The notes below the pieces were generated by a model that worked only from the letters and a program-made list of their open reading frames with translations, had not been told where the DNA came from and searched no databases. The position numbers and the translations under genes are program-made. Positions 54,575 to 64,000 of a DNA stretch of 64,000 nucleotides are shown here, one piece after another; position 1 is the stretch's first letter; each line of letters starts with the position of its first letter. The DNA is taken from NCBI GenBank assembly GCA_012295275.1, contig CM022665.1, forward strand, positions 10,416,001 through 10,480,000, given 5' to 3'. This DNA comes from Chrysomallon squamiferum. Its lineage: Eukaryota; Animalia; Mollusca.

Positions 54575-55163
54575 ATACGTTTATCTGTCTGCCTCTCTTT
54601 TTCTCGCTCTGTTTCCATCTCTTTCTCAGATGCACACACTACCAATCTTCACTACCTCAAAACCTCCTATCATTTTCTTTCCAGCCCAGCGACATCTTCT
54701 AATGTTACGATATGTTTTTAAAAACATCACTATTAACTCTCTCTATTATTCAGAATAAAAAGAAACTGCGTCACCATGTAATAAAAACACATAACACATC
54801 CTTGTTAATATGTATACGTTCGGTTTAGATAAACACACAGCAAGTAAACAGCTAAAGGTGAGTTCTCACTGTGGAATAGCAGGAAACGTTTTGTGTTACA
54901 CTATTTTCTGTTCAAAGAGATATGTTTTAACACGGACAAATGTCGAATGAGATGCGGCATTCGTCATCAAATGACAAAATACGGAGACACACACACACAC
55001 ACACACACACACATGACAAAGTAATTAAAATAACAGAATTTGTAATGACAATTTAATATTAAATATAAAAAAATGGCTGATTGTAATACAGAAAAAGGGT
55101 GTAACGTATAAATGATGAATGTCTTTTTACAGACTGGAAACATTACAATGAGATGAATGTAAC

Positions 55164-55195
<32 letters not shown>

Positions 55196-55621
55196 ACAAA
55201 ACCTAGCTATCTCTACTCAGTGTGTGTGTGTGTATATATAATATATTTGTAATATGTTATACTGTCACTGTTTAACACTGGATCAAGAAAACTGGATGCA
55301 GTTTAATAATAAGAACGCTGTCCTCACAGTGATGTATAGTTTTTCTCCGTGTTCCCTGTGGCCTGTTTCCAGTTCTAAAGTACGCCATTCTGTTTTATCA
55401 AGGGCTGTTGTTCTGTGTGCTTTCACGTGTTTGCGTAGGTACACGTGTGGATACGAAAAACATAAATGTGTCCGAAATACAAAACATTTGACATCCTTTA
55501 TTCTGTAATAGAAATTTAATCAAAATACTTTTGCAGTTCCGTTAACAACGCAAATAAAATTTGAAAATATAATAAATATTTAAGTCAAGATCATTGATAA
55601 TTGCCTCCAATGTGTTTGTGA

Positions 55622-55690
55622 CTCCTATTAAGGGACTCGATCCTGCAACCTTCCAGTCAAAGAAGAGACGTTACCAAAGCAGAGCTATGG
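55622..55690 (-). mobile_element. Decayed tRNA-derived SINE head
   Basis: Minus strand CCATAGCTCTGCTTTGGTAACGTCTCTTCTTTGACTGGAAGGTTGCAGGATCGAGTCCC has an A-box-like TAGCTC...TGGTA and a B-box-like GGATCGAGTCCC after the tRNA-typical AAGGTTGCA. Confidence 0.5.
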
Positions 55691-58600
55691 TGAGCAGTGG
55701 AGTGAGAAAAACAACAACAAAATAAACTCGTTTATAAACCGCAAATCATTTCATACCATGAGACCGCAGCTTTCAGCGATGTCTTAGAAAAAGGAGTAAC
55801 CATAATTTACCTTACAGAATAATACCACACAATACCTGTATTCTAGTTGACTGCTGCGATTTTCTGTAACAAACAATTGTTCATCACTATAATATTACTT
55901 TCCCACACCTTACAGCTGAATAGACGCCAGGTCAGTGACGTGACAACTAGAGCGCGAAGAAGCGAGTTATTCTGATACATCCTCTATTGAACATCCATTG
56001 AGAAGAGAAAAAAACAACATGTATATCTATCTTTAAAATTTCACAGAGCTTAGGATTCTGTAGTTAATCCAGTTCAGAGGACACTCGAACCAAAGGCGGG
56101 CCCGGGAAAATGAAAAATGAGTCAGTAATAATAATAATAATAAAAAAAAAATTAAAAAATTAAAAAAAAAAAAATCTTTTCTTGTATCCATGACATGTAG
56201 CTTTAAGACGATGTTGACACGATGAAAGAAAATGTTGTTGTTGGGTTTGTTTATCTTCTCCCATTTTTTTTTTTTTCAAAATGTGAAAAATAAAATTTTC
56301 TACGAAGATGAAGCTAACGTTGTATTTTTTTTTTTTTGTTTTTTTTTTGAGGGTTGGGATGGGTTTTTTTTAGGATGAGAATCTTCATGTTTTTTTGGCT
56401 GACGAATTTAATGTTTATGTTGTATATAATTAATAATGATTATATATAATACATAATACTTCAGTTTCATATCTCCGGACAGTCAGTTATTTTACGTTTA
56501 AATTAAAAATCTTTCTGTGTAATCAAGCATTGAAAAAAATAATACATGTGAAAAAAAAAGGAAAGGCAACTAGATTATAAAAACTGTATAAGTACAATAC
56601 GCAAATTTGTAGTAGCTTTTCATAACGTTTCCCGAATTATAATTCAGTTGGTTTGTAAATCCAAGATTTTATATCGATTATGGAGGCTTTACTACTGTTC
56701 GATCCAGTTATCTGTCGATCAATCGTTCAGTAGTTAGAAAACAGAATAAAGTCCAGCTTTTGTTGTTGTTAATGATATATTTTTATGTTGTTGTTTTGTT
56801 TTTTTACCTTTGCCTCTTGTTGCTGTTGTTGTTGTTGTTACTGTTGTTAGTGTTTCTTTTGGTCACTGTTGTTACTTTTTTGTTGTTTTGGGAGGGGTTT
56901 TCTTAATTTTTTTTTTTTTTATTATTTTTTTTTTTTTATTGTTATTGTTGTTGTAATTAGGGTTGGGGTGTTTCTGTTTACTCCTTATTTCAAAAGTGTA
57001 CAAATACAATGAAGTAAAACTGTCCATATAATTTTTATTATTATTATTATTATTTTATTTTTATTTTATCTGAACTGAAATTCATAACATGCAAAGGAAA
57101 ACATCACTGCTAGATAACTGAGAAGAAAAAGAAGCTGTTTATGGCTAAATCAAAGAAAATTGGTAAATTTTAAAAGCGGTAAAAGTTAAAAACGTTCCTT
57201 TGATGCTTATTTCAGTAATTTTGTTTTCTCTTGTCGACGAAAGCATTGTGTAACCACGCTTTGCCGAAGCCACTCGGTGAGACCGTTGTTACGTCATCGC
57301 AACAACTGTTACGACGTCGCGTCGACGCTGTTGGAAAAACACAATGGCCCGCGCTGACCGAAACTGACCTGTCCGACAGATTCTGAAAACTGTTGGAAAC
57401 ATCAAAGTGTCGCCGTTAAATATGTTGTACAAATATAGAACTCTTTCCCATAACCATGACTGTGGGAATCGGTTTACCTGTAAATATCATACAGACAATA
57501 TTACACATTTCTTAAAATACTGTAGTGAATTGCAAAGAACTTTTGTCGAGAAACATCAAAGTAGCCGCCGACTTTATACAAATCTATTTCCACGAGTTTA
57601 TTTCTGTTAACGGTAAAGTGTCATAACGGTTTTGTTCACAGAATGATTTGTTATTTATATTGTCATGTACATGCACGGATATCTCTATCATTAAAATGCA
57701 TGTTAAGAGATCAAAGCTTTTTAATTTGTCTTGGTAAAATTTCTTTATATACAAGTGTGCAAACTAAACCTGTTAGACACACATTTTTATGCACTACGAA
57801 GTATATTAACTATATTATTTGGAATATACAAATATAACATTACATGTATGTATAATAATTATATTAACTCTCGATTATTTTTAAGTTAATAGTAAAAGGA
57901 AAGGGAAAACTAGATGTTTAACTATACAATGGTTCTGTATTTTTCGAAGAATTTCAGTGAATGAACAACCTGTATGTGTATGTATATGCATTTGCACCTG
58001 GCTTTTCATGTGTTGTGTCCATACTTCGTACGTGGATATATGTGTCTACGTATGTGTTTTTGCATGTCCATCTCAGTGATGATAATGATGATGATGATGA
58101 TGACGAAAATTTGTTAACAGTGCAAAATCCCTTTCAATAGCATTGATGGGTGAAAACAAACAATAAAGTGATGTAGCAAAATAATTTTAATTAATGTGAA
58201 ACTATTAAATGCAGTACAAATGAAAACAACTTGGAATTTGTTATCATTATAACTGATAATACGGTCACTGGACAAAAAATACACAAAAATTAGTTTTAAA
58301 AATAATTCATGTTATGGGTATATCGTTCTTTCTTATAATTTTTCGACATAAATTTTGTAAAATGATAAAAGACATTTTACTTCAAAACGAAACGGAATAT
58401 TTTATATCCTGTTTGCAAGATGGCATATTTTAAATACTAAATACAAAATAACAGTAAATTCATTTTCTGGCTAGTAAAATATGCATGAATTCCAAAATAG
58501 TCAAAAATGTGATACGGCCGCAGCTTGCAAAGCCCTTAGGCTTGGTTTGCATGCTGAAGTCCGCTTTATTCTTTGTCTATACGTTAACCTTATAGACACA

Positions 58601-59461
58601 GACTGTAATATATTTGTCCACGTGTTATATTTGCCATATGTCTGGCATATGATAGCCGGTGACCAACATTAAGCTTTAAGGGCAGTAGTGGCTTGGGAAA
58701 ACGAATGAATTGTCATCTCCAATCACAGATCGACTGTTAAACAAAACCCCGTTAAATATATGGCATGACAGTTTTGCTTTTAAGCGAGATAAATAATATA
58801 TAGACAATACAATTGTCCAGTGATTTAAAATATTGCCAATAAAATATGAAAATATCCCCAAGCTCACCCATCAATGGTCAACACGTCAAGCGTAAAGCTG
58901 ACGCAGTATGATGTCACGCATGCGTGATTTTGGCACTGGTTTTTGCAAAATCATGACAGCGAAAAATACGGAGGTTGCATTGATGATTAATTTATTTGAA
59001 TATGGCCATATGTTTTCCGTCTTATAATTAAATGATCGTAAACGACGTCTCTAAAGCAGCTGAACTTTGTTCATCAAATATTGATGTAGTCCTTCGCCAT
59101 GGGAAATTATTTTTTTCAGAGAAAAAATGGTGACGACGGATGCCACAAAAAAAAATGCAAAATGTGTGAGTGTGAAAAAACAGTAAAATAAAAATGAGTA
59201 TGCTAAATAGAGGGGGTTTTTGGTTTGGTTTTCAGGAAAGAAATACGGTATTTTGGGATGGTGATGTTTTTCATTGAAAGGTTTGTCCGTGCAAACGTAT
59301 TGTTCATACCATCAAATACTCTTTAAAAAATGTATTATTTATGCTTAATCTGAAACATAGAATTAAAAAATGTCTTCTACTAAAAGTGGGAAATATAATC
59401 TCATCCTATGTTATATTTGTTTGTACTTAAGAACTTTAATTTGAGATTATAATTTTGCTTC

Positions 59462-59503
<42 letters not shown>

Positions 59504-60194
59504 ACTGCTTCTATAACTTTTTGTTATTCCAGATTTATTTAATTTTTAATTATTATTATCACGTTCCATTTACTCACCAGTCAGTTGACTGAACGTATTC
59601 AATTCAGAAACTACAATTACAGCCGCAACGTGTCAAATTTTAAAACATAATACCCTTCCCTTACCGATATTGATACAGTGTATATTAAACCAAAATAAAA
59701 AATAAAATAGTTTGAAATTTTATACGTTAAAAAAAATACATTTTATAAGCACTGCACGACTGCACCTTTTCAACAAATTTACCCGATCTATCGGTCTCTT
59801 TAACAACAGCCTTTTACACGCATGCGTAATCTTCTTATCAGTTTATATCCACCTTTCCTTCAGACGCTCCATCTAAACTCTTTAAGGCGTAACATGACTC
59901 ACGGATACACTAACTTGCTAGAGACCTTTAGCCATAAAGATTTAATGAACAGCACATCTTTTCAGCAATATTTGTGCTTGACGTACTCCGAATGCCCTTT
60001 AATCTTTCTTCTTCTTTTTCTTCCTTTTTTCTTGTTTTCTAAAGAGGTATTTGTTGATAGTGTTGTCATAATTTCCCGCGTTATTTTTTTTCCCATCACG
60101 CTCTGCTGAACTGGTTAAATACTCACCGCAGGTTATGCACACCTGTGTAGCTTTATGAGAAAAATTTACTACGTTTTTTTTTTTTTTTTTTTTC

Positions 60195-60237
<43 letters not shown>

Positions 60238-60495
60238 TGCATTCTTTACAGGTCTTGCTAGCTTGGCGCCCTTAACCTCAGCTTTCTTTTATACTAAATA
60301 CTTGTTTACGTATTTCGACAAAAACCTAAATCAGAATTTTTGTAGGGGAAAGAAGTGAGAAGGGTGTAATTTCGTTTGTAACATATCACAACGCTTGATT
60401 TATTTCGCGGAGATTTGTGGCACTGATAGCAGTAATGTTATTAATATTAATACTGCAGAAGTATGGTGTTACTAAAATAACAAGTTCCAGTTCAT

Positions 60496-60760
60496 GTAGT
60501 AGTAGTAGTGGTGGTGGTGGTAGTAGTAGTAGTAGTTTTAGTAGTAGTAGTAGTAGTAGTGATAGTAGAAATAGTAGTAATGATAATGGTTGAAGTAGTA
60601 ATAGTTGTAGTAATGTTTATAGTAGTAGTAATGGTAGTAGTAGTAGTAGCAGTGATAGAAACAGTAATAGTAATAATAGTAGTAGTAATAGCAGCAGTAG
60701 CAGTAGTACTATTAATATTAATAGTCGTAGAAGTAGTAGTAATAGTAGTAGTAGCAGCAG
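60496..60760. repeat. Degenerate (AGT)n tract
   Basis: Seen directly. It is the source of the poly-V ORF. Confidence 0.95.
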
Positions 60761-61926
60761 CTGGAGCGGATCTATTATGAAACTAGAAGGGGCCCTAGAA
60801 GCGAGGTTAGATCACATTGCTTCAAACTTTTAATTTAAATACGAGATGCTGTGGTTACTTTTTTTTTTTTTTAATTTATGGTGTTCTGTCACTAAAAGGC
60901 TAAGTTACTCACCAGCTTATTAATATATACTTTACAGAGACTTATGCACCGAAGCTTGTATAATAATAATAACGATAAGAAGAAGAAGAAGAAGAAGAAG
61001 AAAAGAAAAGTTTAAGAAATCTTAATATCTTGATAATAAAGTTTAAATTCACATCAGATTTTTAGCCGTTTCCCTCAACGATTTTACATAATAAATGTTT
61101 AAAGTGGCAACATTTAAACGAAGAGAGAATAACAGTTATATAATCCAAACGGTCAGTTTTGCCAACATTAAAACGAACAGGTACAAACGTGTGTGATATA
61201 ACCTAAACGGTCAAGATTTCGTTCGTTCGCCCTTCGACTTAAGTGGGAATAGATTTTCTCTCTCGGAAATGAAGCATCTATTGTATTATTCTTCTCTTCT
61301 CTGCAGGAGAGTTCTCACCTACACGTAACTAAGTGGACAGCACTGACAAAAACCGTTGTGTTTAAACCATTCACATCCGAGAGTATCACCATATTACCAC
61401 CATCAGCGTAGCATGCTAATCAAAGATCCAGCACTTGGGACAATACCTGTAATTACAGTCACGCGGTGTCTCTAGTGAAAATGATTGCACAAACATCAGT
61501 CTTAGCGTACTTCGAGCATTCTCTTTTTTTTTCTTTTTTTTTTGTTGACGATGTCTTCTTCTTACAGAAGGGGTTAATAATTTGTGACACGTGTGAAGAC
61601 GTCTTGAACCCGAGTTCGAGACCTTCAGACAGAGGTGTGTTGTGTAACTGGCAAAGTGATAAGTATTACCTGTGGAGATGCCTACAGGGAGTTTGATGAA
61701 CTTCATGAGATGGGAACTTTTTTTTTTTTTAGAAACAGGTGCAGGTTTTGTACGTAACTCGATAAGCAAGAGAGAAAGTGATAGCTGACACCCGTTAAGT
61801 AACATTTGAAACTTTTCATTTTACAAAAATTCTTATTTATTTATTTATTATTACTATTTATTTTTATTTTTATTTTTATTTTTTTTCTTATTATTACTAT
61901 TTATTTACTATTTTTAGTTGTTTCTG

Positions 61927-61974
<48 letters not shown>

Positions 61975-62235
61975 TCCTTGTAAGTATTTATAGTTAGAAA
62001 AATATGGATATTTAAATAAATAATTCTGGAAAATAAAAACTTGTTTTGTTTCTTCGTGCATTAGATAATACAACAACAGTTTAATTATCCATGTTAAGAC
62101 AGTTACAATGCGTGTGTGTGTGAGAGAGAGAAACAGAAAGAGAGAGAGTTATATTTTAAATGTTAAATTAAAAGAAAAACTAACAGTGCAGTATTACTGT
62201 TTTTTTTAGGAAATGTTTCAGTCAGTTATCGCCAA

Positions 62236-62286
62236 TATCATCATCACCTTCATTAACATCATCATCATCATTATTATTACTATTAC

Positions 62287-62350
<64 letters not shown>
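62236..62350. repeat. (ATC)n/(ATT)n microsatellite
   Basis: Seen directly. Confidence 0.95.
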
Positions 62351-62351
<1 letters not shown>

Positions 62352-62910
62352 TTCATTCCAAAGTATTTCTTACCCTGACGTTATTAATCAACTCACTAAA
62401 ATCTCTGAAATAAAAATGATCAGAAGAAATCGCGGAACCAACATCTCCAGAAACGTGGACATATTATTATTTAATGTTTTTCCGCTTCTTCACCTTGGCC
62501 CCGGTGACCTCCCGTTAAGCCTATAATCCAATGTTCAAACAACCCACCCTACGGGCCACTCTTTATAGCCAGCCGAACTTTTTCATCTAACCCTAATTTA
62601 TAAGCAAAAATTTGTTTTATCATTATTACTTTTTTTTTTTATTCTTCTTTTTTGCAAGCCTTGAGGCTTCAAGTCTCGATGTCATGAGGTTGGTGAACAC
62701 TTAGAGTTTTTTTTTTTTTTTTTTTCCCTGTTCCAGACACATTGAGAAGTTTAAATTAAAAACCCATGCTCTTAATGGGAAAGGGCTATTAAATAGGTTA
62801 AATAGTCTTTTTTTGTATTTTTTCCCCATTTCAGATTTTCAGAAATTGTTGATATCGATAAATATTTTAATTTTTTTTTTTTTTTTTTTTTTTTTTTCTT
62901 GAAGGTCAAA

Positions 62911-63171
62911 TAGGCGCGGTTCTAGAAGGGTACAGGACAGTTCCAAAATAGGTTAATGCATAAAATGGGGGGCTGATTTTATTTTATTATTATTTTATTA
63001 TTATTATTCTTTTATATATATATATATATATATATACGTTTCAAAATTATACTTTCATCATCAAAAAATTTAGTTTTTTTGTTGGGTTTTTTTCCCCCCC
63101 CAGTTTCGTAATTGCTGATAAAAATTTGTGATTATCTGATAACCTTCAAATAACTTCTGGATCCGCTCCTG
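62911..63171. mobile_element. Decayed 261-bp MITE-like element with CAGG.GCGGATCCAG-type terminal inverted repeats
   Basis: Left end TAGGCGCGGTTCTAGAAG versus the reverse complement of the right end CAGGAGCGGATCCAGAAG is 14/18 identical, and GC-rich against an AT background. A related solo end CTGGAGCGGATCTA lies at 60761. Confidence 0.55.
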
Positions 63172-63622
63172 TAAAAAATGTGATTGATACGGTCAGAAAT
63201 AATGTTTGCATTGCCTCCATTTTCATAAAGTGCTTTGCTTAAATAGTAGTAAAAATTATTCTGTATTTACTTTGCATTTACATACAACCTTGAAGAACTA
63301 CATATCTCCAAGGGTGAAAGTAAATTCAGTGTTATGTATGTTTCGTCCAAAATACAAATAACAGTCAATAACACTTTTATATAAAATTGAAGTTTTGTTT
63401 TTGTCTTTGCTGTATTTTTTATTTTTTATGTTTTTATTTGTCAAAGGAATTTTTGAATCGACACAACATTTAATTTAATTTAGAAAAAGATTTTGATTTC
63501 ATGTTATTTTTGTGATTTTAAATAGTATTAAAAGTTACTGGAAGGGAATTAATAAGAATTTCTACATTTGGAGTTTTACAGGTTTGCACATTTGTATGAA
63601 TGTATGTATGCATGTGTGTTGA

Positions 63623-63624
<2 letters not shown>

Positions 63625-63678
<54 letters not shown>
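63625..63678. repeat. (GT)n microsatellite
   Basis: Seen directly. Confidence 0.97.
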
Positions 63679-63681
<3 letters not shown>

Positions 63682-64000
63682 ATAACTGTGAAACGAAAAG
63701 AAACTCTAAAAATAAAATATTCTTCACACTGAATCGTAAAATATAAGATAAATTAAGATAACAGTTATGACGACAGGAAAACTCTAAAACTATATTTTAA
63801 AGCAGACAGTAGAAAACGAAAGCTGACGTAACCAGTGTATCAAGCCTTACATTATTTATCAAGTGAAAGCATCTAGCTGTACTGAATTAAGATGCAACAC
63901 TCTTAGTACGGTAGCGTTTGTTTTTAAGTTCATGAATGATACTGTATGTCAAGCCGGTTCTTTGTTAGAACATCAGATGTCCGCCCAACTGACAGAAATA

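Noticed and set aside
62587-62598. Telomere-like CTAACCCTAA (also TTAGGG at 56957)
   Set aside because: Fewer than two full units, so chance.

Overview
This is AT-rich (roughly 30% GC by eye), microsatellite- and homopolymer-saturated eukaryotic DNA, not prokaryotic. Decayed SINE fragments resemble a gastropod SINE as I recall it, so a mollusc is my inference, unverified. I cannot support any intact protein-coding gene, rRNA, functional tRNA or CRISPR array. Nearly all supplied ORFs are translations of simple repeats or random non-coding sequence. The window reads as a gene desert or very large intron: 200-1000 bp islands of complex, CpG- and TF-motif-rich sequence separated by simple-repeat tracts. 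It also holds old SINE, MITE and LINE debris, three minisatellites and several local duplications. The best leads are a near-perfect T-box-type palindrome with homeodomain cores (2566-2589), a recursive-splice-like AG|GTAAGA site (15949/15950), a 72-bp-arm fold-back element (28854-29293), a 31-bp A/B higher-order minisatellite (27073-27228), a 1.3-kb CpG/E2F-rich island (35160-36480) and a candidate 20-nt first coding exon (43407-43426). I found no convincing novel multi-gene system.
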